From: Promethearchaeia archaeon
GTDB taxonomy: Archaea; Asgardarchaeota; Lokiarchaeia; Sigyniarchaeales; SOKP01
Reading direction: 5' to 3'
DNA length: 64,000 bases
Assembly (NCBI GenBank): GCA_029856145.1
Contig: JAHQWK010000001.1
Location: 192,001-256,000 of the forward strand
Part shown: positions 41,086 through 50,494 of the stretch, in pieces
Position numbering within the stretch: the first letter of the stretch is position 1
Layout: the number at the start of each line of letters is the position of its first letter
Notes under the pieces: generated by a model
Seen by the model: the letters and a program-made list of their open reading frames with translations, nothing else
Database searches by the model: none
Told to the model about the DNA's origin: nothing
Position numbers and translations under genes: made by a program

Positions 41086-41373
41086 TTAAAAATGGCGCGC
41101 AGATGTCCCATCCCAAACTCTAACACTTTCATTTATCCATTCACATTTTGGACATTTATCTGGAAGCTCCCAACTTTCGAGAGCTGGATGTATACGGCAG
41201 TATAAACCTCCACAATTCGCACAAACGAGATATTTTGCTCCACAACCCGCACACATCTTTAATTGGCCATCCTCAACAAATGGAAAGGCTCTTTTCATCC
41301 ATTCATCGGTGGCTAAAGAGAACTGACTCTTTCCACAAACTATACAATGTACCCCATCCTCTTCATGACTCAT
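41086..41373 (-). CDS. Multi-CxxC zinc-binding protein (95 aa)
   Basis: CIVC, CAGC, CANC, CRIH, CPKC. Confidence 0.8.
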   Translation of the reverse strand: MSHEEDGVHCIVCGKSQFSLATDEWMKRAFPFVEDGQLKMCAGCGAKYLVCANCGGLYCRIHPALESWELPDKCPKCEWINESVRVWDGTSARHF

Positions 41374-41555
41374 ATTATCTTCACACTAAACTTTTCATTT
41401 AATTTAACAAATGTATATTGTAATAGTATTTTATACTTTTTCTATGTAGTAATATTTATTTAATAATAAATCTACAAATTAAATATTTTCTTAAAAGTAA
41501 AGATTAATTAAAAAATAAATTACGATTGGTAAAATATGAAAAAGATTTTTCTTCA

Positions 41556-41879
41556 CTACATATCTAATTTCTTAGTAGTTCCAGCACCTTTTACTTCTGG
41601 ATTGACCGTTTCAATATTTTGAAGTATAGTAAATATTGTATCTTCTTCTAAAGCTTCTTTAAAAGCTAGATACATCTCTTTATTCCTTATAAATAATCCC
41701 TTTCTTTTCATGGGATTACCATCGCTTTTTAATGGATTTACCTCTATAAATAATAGTGCGGGTCTTGTTTTAGTCTCAGGAACTTTAACTATAAAAACAC
41801 CGGGAACAGGAGTCTCCATTTTTGACCAATCTTTTCCATTTTTTAAATGCTCTTTCAATTGTGCTTGAACATCTGCCAT
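41556..41879 (-). CDS. Conserved archaeal hypothetical protein
   Basis: DW...VPGVFIVKVP...IEVNP...G-P-KRKGL; I recall this pattern from uncharacterised archaeal proteins. Confidence 0.8.
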   Translation of the reverse strand: MADVQAQLKEHLKNGKDWSKMETPVPGVFIVKVPETKTRPALLFIEVNPLKSDGNPMKRKGLFIRNKEMYLAFKEALEEDTIFTILQNIETVNPEVKGAGTTKKLDM

Positions 41880-41900
41880 TTAAATTCACTTTTAATTTTA

Positions 41901-41928
41901 CATTATATGTTACATGTTACATATAATG
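41901..41928. promoter_or_regulatory. 28-bp near-perfect palindrome, candidate operator
   Basis: CATTATATGT-T-ACATGT-T-ACATATAATG, between the minus-strand TATA (41931-41940) and ATG 41879. Confidence 0.65.
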
Positions 41929-42140
41929 CATATATAAAAATTTTTGGAAAAAAATAAAATCTCATAATAAACTAAATATTTTGAAATTATTGCCAAATAT
42001 TAAAAAGCTCGGATAAAATTATTTTAAACTAATACTAAAGGTATATTCGCGTTCTGTCGGATTTCTGGGGGTCAATTTCCACTGAATCTTTAAATATATC
42101 ACTCTCGTATATATTTTTATCAATTAAATAAAAATTTTAG

Positions 42141-42371
42141 ATGTTTGTGATGAAACTAATCTCAGTAAACTTACCCGAATCATATTTAAGAGTGTTAGAA
42201 ATGCTAGTACTGCAAGGAAATTTTCCTAACAGATCAGAAGCGATTCGCGTGGCAATTCGCGACTTAATTAAGACTGAATTTTTGATAGAAGAATCAGTAA
42301 ATAGAAATATTGCCCCGAGTTTGTTAGATTCTGAAGTAGAAAATGAAATTCAAGAAAATTTACTAATTTAA
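42141..42371 (+). CDS. Ribbon-helix-helix (CopG/NikR-like) regulator
   Basis: MKLISVNLPESYL...G-FPNRSEAIRVAIRDLI. Confidence 0.92.
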   Translation: MFVMKLISVNLPESYLRVLEMLVLQGNFPNRSEAIRVAIRDLIKTEFLIEESVNRNIAPSLLDSEVENEIQENLLI

Positions 42372-42423
42372 TCTAATTATTTTTATTTTTTTATAATAGG
42401 GCGATAAAGAAAATAATTATTCT

Positions 42424-45400
42424 CTAATCTTTTTTCAATAAGTCTAAAACTTTTTTCCTTCTTTCTTCTCTCCTGGCAGTAATTCTCGCTCTAAGCTTTT
42501 CTGCTTCATCTTCAGAGGAAACTTTAACTCTTTCTTTACTTGGTTTTACACCAAGCCTTTCTCTAAGTTCAGTAATTTTTTCATTTATTTCTTTAACAAA
42601 TTTCTTCCCTATTTTTAAGCTGCTAAGCTGAAAATTAGCTTCATTTAATTCTGAAATAGCTCTTTTAATTTGATTTTCAGCTATAGCACCTTGAGCTTTG
42701 TCCAGTGCTTTATATGCAGCTTTAACTTTTTTATTTTGCAACTCATCATCAGACGCTTCTAATATTATTATTGGAATTTCAGCTACACTTGTTACTTTTT
42801 CGACTTGTTCATTGATTTTTGAAATTTCTTCCTCTTGACCTAGTTTTGTTAATCTTTGAATCTCCTCTATCATCATTAGAATACCCTCGTTATATCTGAA
42901 ATTCTCGATTAATTTACTAGCTTTATCTAATTTAACAGATATTTTTCTAAGAATTTCTTCTTTAACAAATCTACGCTTCTCTTCTTTTTTTCTCTTCGCT
43001 TCCTCTTTTTGTTCTCTCTTTGCTTCTTCTTTCAATAGTACCATTTGTTTCTTTTCTTCAAATTTCTTTATTTTAATATCTTCTAGAATCTCATCTTGTT
43101 TCTGTTTCCTTTTAAGTTTAAATAAAAGTTCATTATTTATACGTGAAACTTCTCGTTGCCAAGATATTTGTTGGAATAATTCTCGAGCAGCGATATATTT
43201 CTCATAAGCCTCCACATATTTACCACGATCTGTTAATGTTGTGCCTTCTTCTAAAAGTTCATATGCTTCTTCTGATATTTGCCTCTCTTGCTCCTTTCCT
43301 CTCTGGATTTTTAGGAATTCTTTTCTTTTCTGTTCTTGTTGCCGTCTTTTTATTATTTGAGCCTCAGCTAATTTTTCTTCTAATTTTTCCTCAATCAGAA
43401 ATTTTTCAATTTTCCTTTTTTCAATTGTTTTTTGTTCTAGCTCAAATGCCTTTTTCTTACTAGTAATCATTGCAACTGAATCTCGAACCATATTAATTCC
43501 TTCTTGCCATTTGATATTTGCAAATATCTTCTCACTTTCATTATAAAATTCAATAGCTTTATTATAATGATTTAGTCTTAATTCACGTTTAGCTTGATCC
43601 ATTAAACGAAATGCTTTGTCTTTTTGAGTTTCAAACTGCGCTACACGCTCTCTTTTTAGATCTAGAGATTCTCTTCGTTGCTGGATCAATTTTTCTTGTT
43701 CTATTCTTGCCTGTTCTAAATAATTTTGTTGTAATAACAATTCTTCTTCTCTGTTTCTAACCTTCTCAGCTTCCAAAGCACGTATTTTCTTATCTTTAGC
43801 TAGTTTGTCTTTATAAAAGTTAATAGTGTTTTTTAATTTCTCTGATTCTTCCTTCCAATTAATTTTTTCAAATTTCTTGCGTGCCTCTCTATAGATTTCA
43901 ATAACTTTTTCATAAGGTGCCTCATAATCAAAAACACCACCTTTTATTTTTAGTTCATATTCTTGCGCCATTCTCTCAGCAGCTTGAATCATATTAAAAA
44001 TTCTAGCAGCAATTTCATCTCCATCTTTCTCTTTTTGCTCAATTTCTAATAATCTCTTTTGTCTTTCAAGGAAATCCTTACCAGGTTGAATATCGGCTGC
44101 TTTTAATTCAATTTCTGGTCTTTCTAATTTCTTTTGTTCAATCTTCCTTAATTTTTCATCTTTCTCTCTTTTATCCTTGTAAAATTTAATAGTATTTATT
44201 AAACGGCTAGCTTCTTCCATCCATCCAATTTTTTGCAATATTTCTCGAGCTTTTTCGTAATTAGATATCGCGTTGTAATAAGGACTTTTATATACTAAAA
44301 TATCTTTCCTAATGCTTAATTCATAGCTTTTAACTGCTTTTTCTGATTCATCAATGAGATACATAGCTTTATCTAATAAAATATTTTCTTCCTTTTTTCC
44401 AGCTTCAAGTTCCTTAATCTTTTCTGGTTTAGCAGATATGACTTCCTTTTTACCTATCTTATGCATTTCTTCAAGCGCTTTTTCTCTTTGAACTTTTTGA
44501 GCTTCTACCTCTAGAAGTTTTTCGTGTTTATCCAATTTTTCCTGATAAATTTTAATTTGATTTGCGAAAACTTCTGCTTGTTCTTTCCATCCCCGAGCAT
44601 AAACTTTCTCTCGTATTTGTTTATAAATCTCAATAACATCGGTATATGGAGTATTTTCTAATATTTCTCCTTCTCTGTAAGCTTTTCTCTTTTCTATTTC
44701 ATAGTCTCGTACCATTTTTTCAGCGCTATTTACATTATCAGAAATATATTTTTCAAAATCTTCTTCTTCTTTTTTTCTTTCTATAACTTTTAATCTTTTT
44801 TTGTCTACTCCTATTTCTTTACCTATTTTATGCATATCTTCAAGCGCTTTTTCTCTTTGAGCCTTTTTAGCTTCTACTTCTCGTAATTTATTATCTTGTT
44901 CTAACTTCTGAGTATAATAAGATATTTGACTACTATATGCTCCTGCTTCTACTTCTCTTCCTTTGTCAAGCAACATTCGCTTTACTCTTTCATAAATACC
45001 AATAATTTTCAAAAATGGTGGTTTTTCTGCCAGTTTTTTTTCTTTTATGGCCTTTTTCATGGCTGATTCATATTCTCTAGCCATAGATTCTGCTCGCTTT
45101 ATCATTACATCAATAATACTATCAAAATCTTCCTCCTCTTTTTCTAATCCTTTTTGTTCCTCCAAAGATTTTAATTTTTCAGCATCTAAACCAACAACTG
45201 GTCCCTCTTTAACTTTAAATATTTCTTCAATCTCTTCCTGTTTTCTTACCTTCTCTGCTTCAATTTGGCGTAGTCGATTATCCTTTTCCAACTTTTGTTT
45301 ATAAGTATGTATCTGACTTGAAAAAATTGTGACATCTGTTTCCCAACCTCTTTCTAATGCTATTTGTCTGGCTTTTTCAAAAATATCAATAATCTTCGGA

Positions 45401-47001
45401 TATGGACATTTTAATTCAAATTTCCCTTGTCGCAATGCTACTTCATACTCTCTTGCTAAACGCTCAGCTCTTTTTGTCCTCTCCTCAATTTGATTTCTAA
45501 TATTTTGGATCTCAAGTTGCTTTTGACGCTGCTCTTCCATTAGTACTTGTTGTTTTTCGTCAACACCTACTTCTACATCTTCTTTCTTAACTTTCAGCAT
45601 TTTTTCAGCTTCTTCATGTCTTTTTTTCTTGTTAGCTTCAATTTGTCTTATCTTTTGATCTTTCTCAAATTTTTGGATGTAGACATTTATTGTATCATCA
45701 TAGATCGTAGCTTCATTATTCCAGCCCTTATCAATAAACAATTCCTTTATTCTTTTATAAATATCAATTACTTTGGGATACATGCATTTTTCTACTAATT
45801 TTCCGTCTTTAATAGCTTTTTGCATTGCTAATTCATATTCTCGCGCCATTCTAGCAGCTTCTGTTGCCATATTGTCAATTTGTGCTTTAAAAAATTCCTG
45901 TTCCATTTTCTGAAGTTCTATTCCGCTTACCCTTTCCATTTGTGCTATTTTTTCCTGTTCACTTATTTCTTTAACATGCTGATCAATTAATTTTTCTTTA
46001 TATAATTCGGTTTCAGTTTTTTGTTCAATATCTACTCGTTCTTTCTCAAGTCCTTTAAAATGTCTAATTTTTTCCTTCTCTAATATTTCTATAGTATCTC
46101 GAATTCTTTTAGCTTCATATGTCCAGTTCAATTCTTCAAATAGACTTACCCCTTCTGTATATAATTTTATAGCTTGATCATATTCATGCATTTTGGCTAA
46201 TTCTACCGCTTGGTCTAATATCTCATATGCTTTAGATGATACCTCTTCCTCTCGCTGTTTAGCATCAAGAAATTGCTTTAGCTTTTTCTCTTTTTGTTGC
46301 TCCTTCCTTGGTGGTGCTTCTAATTCTACAACCTCCATTGGTTCTTCTTTTTTAATACTTCGTAAATATTCCGCTTTTTTATTATAACATTCTTCAATTA
46401 ATAAATAAAGTCTTTTTATTTCATCAGATTTGTCATGTTCCTCAAGAATTTTTTCAGCTTCGTCATATTTATTAAGTGCTTCCTCAAACTTATTGATATT
46501 AGATAATTCATGAGCCTTTACTATCAGTTGGTTCGCTTTACTGATCAAATCGGCGTCAATTTTAGTTTCTTCGATTATATCATCTTCTTTAATCACTTCA
46601 ACCTCTTCAATTGCATCAAATTCATCGATCGCTTCAACCACTTTTTCTGGTTTTGCCTCAATTTCTCTAAATGCTTCTTCTTTTAGTATATACACTTCTG
46701 AAATTTTTTCATTTATAGCTTTAATTTCCTCTGCTCTATTAATTTGAGTATACAATCCAATTGCTTGACGTAAAATTTCAACACTATCATCATAATATTG
46801 TGATTCTATCAGATGAATAGCATGCTCCACTAATTCGTAAGCTTCAGTGGCAATTTCTTCTTCCATATCCATTAAATCAGAAAAAAAAGCATCCTTAGTT
46901 AAATCTAACTCATCATCATCGAATTCCTGATCAAAATCTAACTCATCATCATCGAATTCCTGATCAAAGTCTTCCTCTCTTTTCTCTTCCATAAACTTCA
47001 T
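42424..47001 (-). CDS. 1525-aa all-helical scaffold with about 13 MIT/TPR-like three-helix repeats and coiled-coil linkers
   Basis: Recurrent KA-EL---A--L-----Y--A---Y--A---F----W--E units; six long central repeats AE-MAREYE...PY--I-IY...GW..E...I-Y-KLEKD-K-R-IEA. Confidence 0.85.
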   Translation of the reverse strand: MKFMEEKREEDFDQEFDDDELDFDQEFDDDELDLTKDAFFSDLMDMEEEIATEAYELVEHAIHLIESQYYDDSVEILRQAIGLYTQINRAEEIKAINEKISEVYILKEEAFREIEAKPEKVVEAIDEFDAIEEVEVIKEDDIIEETKIDADLISKANQLIVKAHELSNINKFEEALNKYDEAEKILEEHDKSDEIKRLYLLIEECYNKKAEYLRSIKKEEPMEVVELEAPPRKEQQKEKKLKQFLDAKQREEEVSSKAYEILDQAVELAKMHEYDQAIKLYTEGVSLFEELNWTYEAKRIRDTIEILEKEKIRHFKGLEKERVDIEQKTETELYKEKLIDQHVKEISEQEKIAQMERVSGIELQKMEQEFFKAQIDNMATEAARMAREYELAMQKAIKDGKLVEKCMYPKVIDIYKRIKELFIDKGWNNEATIYDDTINVYIQKFEKDQKIRQIEANKKKRHEEAEKMLKVKKEDVEVGVDEKQQVLMEEQRQKQLEIQNIRNQIEERTKRAERLAREYEVALRQGKFELKCPYPKIIDIFEKARQIALERGWETDVTIFSSQIHTYKQKLEKDNRLRQIEAEKVRKQEEIEEIFKVKEGPVVGLDAEKLKSLEEQKGLEKEEEDFDSIIDVMIKRAESMAREYESAMKKAIKEKKLAEKPPFLKIIGIYERVKRMLLDKGREVEAGAYSSQISYYTQKLEQDNKLREVEAKKAQREKALEDMHKIGKEIGVDKKRLKVIERKKEEEDFEKYISDNVNSAEKMVRDYEIEKRKAYREGEILENTPYTDVIEIYKQIREKVYARGWKEQAEVFANQIKIYQEKLDKHEKLLEVEAQKVQREKALEEMHKIGKKEVISAKPEKIKELEAGKKEENILLDKAMYLIDESEKAVKSYELSIRKDILVYKSPYYNAISNYEKAREILQKIGWMEEASRLINTIKFYKDKREKDEKLRKIEQKKLERPEIELKAADIQPGKDFLERQKRLLEIEQKEKDGDEIAARIFNMIQAAERMAQEYELKIKGGVFDYEAPYEKVIEIYREARKKFEKINWKEESEKLKNTINFYKDKLAKDKKIRALEAEKVRNREEELLLQQNYLEQARIEQEKLIQQRRESLDLKRERVAQFETQKDKAFRLMDQAKRELRLNHYNKAIEFYNESEKIFANIKWQEGINMVRDSVAMITSKKKAFELEQKTIEKRKIEKFLIEEKLEEKLAEAQIIKRRQQEQKRKEFLKIQRGKEQERQISEEAYELLEEGTTLTDRGKYVEAYEKYIAARELFQQISWQREVSRINNELLFKLKRKQKQDEILEDIKIKKFEEKKQMVLLKEEAKREQKEEAKRKKEEKRRFVKEEILRKISVKLDKASKLIENFRYNEGILMMIEEIQRLTKLGQEEEISKINEQVEKVTSVAEIPIIILEASDDELQNKKVKAAYKALDKAQGAIAENQIKRAISELNEANFQLSSLKIGKKFVKEINEKITELRERLGVKPSKERVKVSSEDEAEKLRARITARREERRKKVLDLLKKD
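44452..44880. repeat. Intragenic DNA-level repeat (about 60 bp, copies 369 bp apart)
   Basis: ACCTATCTTATGCATTTCTTCAAGCGCTTTTTCTCTTTGA at 44452 vs ACCTATTTTATGCATATCTTCAAGCGCTTTTTCTCTTTGA at 44821. Confidence 0.8.
46901..46968. repeat. Perfect 33-bp tandem duplication (DQEFDDDELDF/L x2)
   Basis: AAATCTAACTCATCATCATCGAATTCCTGATCA at 46901 and 46934. Confidence 0.95.
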
Positions 47002-47116
47002 CTACCTTAAAGGAGAATTAAGAATGACCCTAATAATTAAAAATCCCTATACAAGTTTAAAATAATAATTTAGTTTTAATTAAAAAATCATTAAACGAAA
47101 ATAAATATTTAATCAA

Positions 47117-47512
47117 TTATATATCAAATTTTCCTAGATTTCTATTAAGATAATCGTCGCAAATTTTACCCCCTTCATTTGTCAAACTCCACCCATTAGT
47201 GTCTCTTTTTACAAGATTCAATTTTTCAACACTGGTTAAAATCGAATGTACTTCATCCTCAGTTTTACGAATATTAAAATCTACTCTCAAACTAAATACA
47301 ATTTCATCAATCGGTACAGATCCCCCAAGTTCATCTTCCATTACACCTAAAGCGGCAATAATGTGATTTTGTTCTGCCATCCCCGCGTCCAAAGAATGTG
47401 AAACTTCATCAAGTAGCCATGGATTCTTATCTAACATCTTTTTGATTGCCTTTTCATCGCCTTTCTGAAAAAGTATATCGAATTCTTCTCTGATCTTCTT
47501 CTTCTTAGCCAT
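47117..47512 (-). CDS. Winged-helix domain protein
   Basis: VPIDEIVFSL...EVHSILTSVEKLNLVKR...WSLTNEG. Confidence 0.75.
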   Translation of the reverse strand: MAKKKKIREEFDILFQKGDEKAIKKMLDKNPWLLDEVSHSLDAGMAEQNHIIAALGVMEDELGGSVPIDEIVFSLRVDFNIRKTEDEVHSILTSVEKLNLVKRDTNGWSLTNEGGKICDDYLNRNLGKFDI

Positions 47513-47621
47513 AAAAATTGCCTATTTTTCAGTTTAATAAGAAAAATTCTAGATATTATATTAATATCTATAATATAAATTTAGAAAATAAAATCTTTTA
47601 TGATGATGTTAAAAATAAGAT

Positions 47622-48341
47622 TTATATTAATTTAGTTAAAAATTCTTCTACTTCTTGTTCATTACACATATGAAACTTTTTATCTTCGCCTTTAATATAA
47701 GCCATTCTAATATTGTCTTTTGTTGCTTCCTCATCAATTGATTCCTTTAATGTATTTAAAGTTAGATTAATCAATTCATCAAAAGTCATATTTTCTTTAT
47801 AATTATTAATAAGGTGTTCCCTAGCTGGTGCCTCTCCTGTCCCAATAGCATATGCTTTGAATGAACGATAAATTCCACTTGGAGATGTTGTGAAAATCTG
47901 TGTTCCGCTCGCATCGATTCCGATGAAAAAAAGCGCACATCCCCATGGACGTACCCCACCAAATTGACAATATTGTTGCTTTAAATCAGCAAGTGCTTTA
48001 GCTAACATATTTAGGCGAACAGGTTCATCATATGTTAATCTAAATGATTGAGCTTGAACTCTTGCATAATTTATAAGTGCTCGAGCATCTGCATGTAATC
48101 CTGAGATCGCCACACCAATATGTTCATCTACTTGAAATAGTTTATCTATTGAATTAGCATCCATCAAAACCGAAGCAATCTTGATCTGTGCTGCTAAACA
48201 TACATCTTCTTTTGTTTTAACAGCTACAGCGAGTGTGCCTCTTCTAACTGCTTCTAATGCATATTCTACCTGGAATAAGCGCCCCTCTGGGCTGAAGACA
48301 GTTAACGCACGATCGTAAGCCCTACCTCCTGCTCCAAACAT
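47622..48341 (-). CDS. psmA: Proteasome alpha subunit
   Basis: YDRALTVFSPEGRLFQVEYALEAVRRG, SGLHADAR, QFGGVRPWG, AIGTG. Confidence 0.96.
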   Translation of the reverse strand: MFGAGGRAYDRALTVFSPEGRLFQVEYALEAVRRGTLAVAVKTKEDVCLAAQIKIASVLMDANSIDKLFQVDEHIGVAISGLHADARALINYARVQAQSFRLTYDEPVRLNMLAKALADLKQQYCQFGGVRPWGCALFFIGIDASGTQIFTTSPSGIYRSFKAYAIGTGEAPAREHLINNYKENMTFDELINLTLNTLKESIDEEATKDNIRMAYIKGEDKKFHMCNEQEVEEFLTKLI

Positions 48342-48423
48342 TTAATTTACCTACTTATATTTGATTTTATACTTTTAAAATATACAACTAAATTTTAATT
48401 TATGGTTTATAACAAATAAAAAG

Positions 48424-48972
48424 CTATATCTTTTTAGTCTTCTCTAAAATAGCAAGGGTTAAATCTTTAAAGACAGGCTCGATTTCAATATTATTTTTAG
48501 CACTTGTTTCAATGTAGGTTATTGCATTTAGTTCTTCTTTTAGTGCTTCACCATCTCCCGTACCAACTTCCCTTTGTCCCTGTTCTGCTAAATCTATTTT
48601 ATTTCCTACTAAAATGGATGGCTTACTATCACCAATTACTTTTTCTACTTCACTTTTCCAATTTAAGATATTTTGAAACGAACTCCTTCGTGTAAGATCA
48701 AACGTGTATATGATCGCGCTGCTTCCCCTGTAAAAGGGTGGACGTACAAAGCTGAAATGTTTCTGTCCTGCAAGATCCCAGAGCTGGAGCTTAATAAGGT
48801 AGTTTGGATACTCATGTAGGTCCACCTGCTTAGTAGAAAAGTTAGATCCAATTGTCATGATATAATTTTCTTTAAACGAATTCTCACAATAGCGGAGGAC
48901 CATAGATGTTTTCCCTACACCGCCATCGCCTACAACACATATCTTATAAATGAAGCTTTTTGTTGCAGTCAT
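48424..48972 (-). CDS. Rab-like small GTPase (no prenylation motif)
   Basis: GDGGVGKTS, TIGSNF, WDLAGQ, NKID, ETSAK; no C-terminal Cys. Confidence 0.95.
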   Translation of the reverse strand: MTATKSFIYKICVVGDGGVGKTSMVLRYCENSFKENYIMTIGSNFSTKQVDLHEYPNYLIKLQLWDLAGQKHFSFVRPPFYRGSSAIIYTFDLTRRSSFQNILNWKSEVEKVIGDSKPSILVGNKIDLAEQGQREVGTGDGEALKEELNAITYIETSAKNNIEIEPVFKDLTLAILEKTKKI

Positions 48973-49234
48973 TTGTTATAGCACCATATTATATAAAAAG
49001 AATTTCTGAATTAAATTTTACTTGACTTAAAACTTAATAACTTACGTGAAAATTGATCTTTCTTAATTTCTTATATTTTCTTTATAATTATTATATTATA
49101 TTCAATAAATAAAAATAATCGTTATTAATTTTTTTTTGTGATTTAGAATTTTAGGATAATACACTTATGATTGATTTAGATCAGAAGATAAAAAATCATT
49201 GTTGAATATTCTGATTTTTTTCAGAAATATGAAC

Positions 49235-50080
49235 TTACTTTCCTATAAAAGTTGGATCCCTTTTTTCCTTTAAAGCTTTTAAAGATTCTCCAAAATCTTT
49301 ACTTCGAATTGCCTTGGTCCACATTTTATTTTCTAAATCTAGTTGTTTTTCTATTATATCCCTAAAATATATATGCATGGTTTTCTTCATTAATTTAATT
49401 GAAAGTGATGGTCCCTTAGGCGGAATAAGTCTTAAGGCTTGTTTTCTCGCATATGGCATTAATTTTTCTTTAGGTAATACTCTATTAACGAGACCTAATC
49501 TTTCCGCGTCTTGTGCAGTCATCCGATCGCCAAGATAAAACAGTTCCTTGGCTTTATTAAAACCTATCATTAAAGGTAAAAGAACTGTAGTAGCAAAATC
49601 CGGTATAACTGCTCTTTTTATAAAAAATAATGCCCACCATGCGTCCTCAGCCATATAGACTAAATCTGAACAAATCACAGGAAGTGTAAATCCACCCCCC
49701 ACAGCAAAACCATTAATCACAGATATTACTGGTTTTGAAAAATCCCAAAACTTAAGGCATAACTTCTTTGATGCCATATCTCTTAAATTGACTTCTGTTC
49801 TATACTTTTCAGGTATATCTTTCAACATTTCATTTGAAAAATAACCTCCTGAAGAAAAAGCTCCTGCCTCCTCACACCCAGTCAATATCATAACTTTAAC
49901 TTGTTTATCCTTATCGGCATGCTCAACTGCATACCCGAGCTCTAAAAGACCTAATGGTGAAAGAGCATTTTTTTTTTCAGGCCAATTTAGGGTAACCGTT
50001 AAAATTCCGTTCTCTTCTTTTTCATACTTAATTTGTTTAAATTCTTCTACAAGCATTAATACAATAAAATCATAAGACAA
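49235..50080 (-). CDS. Enoyl-CoA hydratase/isomerase family protein
   Basis: TLNWPEKKNALS, AFSSGG, INGFAVGGG; likely start ATG 50056. Confidence 0.9.
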   Translation of the reverse strand: MSYDFIVLMLVEEFKQIKYEKEENGILTVTLNWPEKKNALSPLGLLELGYAVEHADKDKQVKVMILTGCEEAGAFSSGGYFSNEMLKDIPEKYRTEVNLRDMASKKLCLKFWDFSKPVISVINGFAVGGGFTLPVICSDLVYMAEDAWWALFFIKRAVIPDFATTVLLPLMIGFNKAKELFYLGDRMTAQDAERLGLVNRVLPKEKLMPYARKQALRLIPPKGPSLSIKLMKKTMHIYFRDIIEKQLDLENKMWTKAIRSKDFGESLKALKEKRDPTFIGK

Positions 50081-50147
50081 TAAAATATTTTATAAAGTAA
50101 TTTAATCATAATATTATTTTAACTTATAAAATCAGAAATTTTAATAA

Positions 50148-50449
50148 ATGAAGTCATTTGAAGAAAAAATCGAAAAATTAGCGGAATTAATAATCAATTC
50201 AAAAAACTTGAAGCCGCAGATGCTATGATTACTGAATGTAATTTGCTTTTAGTTCTTGGAAGTAGCTTGGTTGTATACCCCGTGGCATTTTATCCACAAA
50301 AAATCCTCTCGCTTGGAGCAAAATTAGCAATTATAAATATTCAAGAAACTGATATGGATTCAGTGGCTCAAGTCGTAATTCATGAAAAAATAGGTGATGT
50401 ACTTCCAAAGGTAGTCTCTATTATTAAAAACCTTTTGACTAAAAGCTAA
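50148..50449 (+). pseudogene. Internally deleted, frameshifted Sir2/CobB deacylase
   Basis: ATG 50148 gives MKSFEEKIEKLAELIINSKN (typical sirtuin N-terminus), joined out of frame to LEAADAMITECNLLLVLGSSLVVYPVA...AIIN..T..D (sirtuin C-terminus); GAGIS, TQNID and HG core absent. Confidence 0.85.
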
Positions 50450-50494
50450 AAAAATAAGAAAAAAATAATTTAGCAAAATAAAGAGTTAACTAGA

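Noticed and set aside
42049-42090. GGGGG...TTTCCACTG as an ORB replication-origin box
   Set aside because: The G-string is in the wrong orientation relative to the core, there is a single copy, and no orc1/cdc6 is nearby
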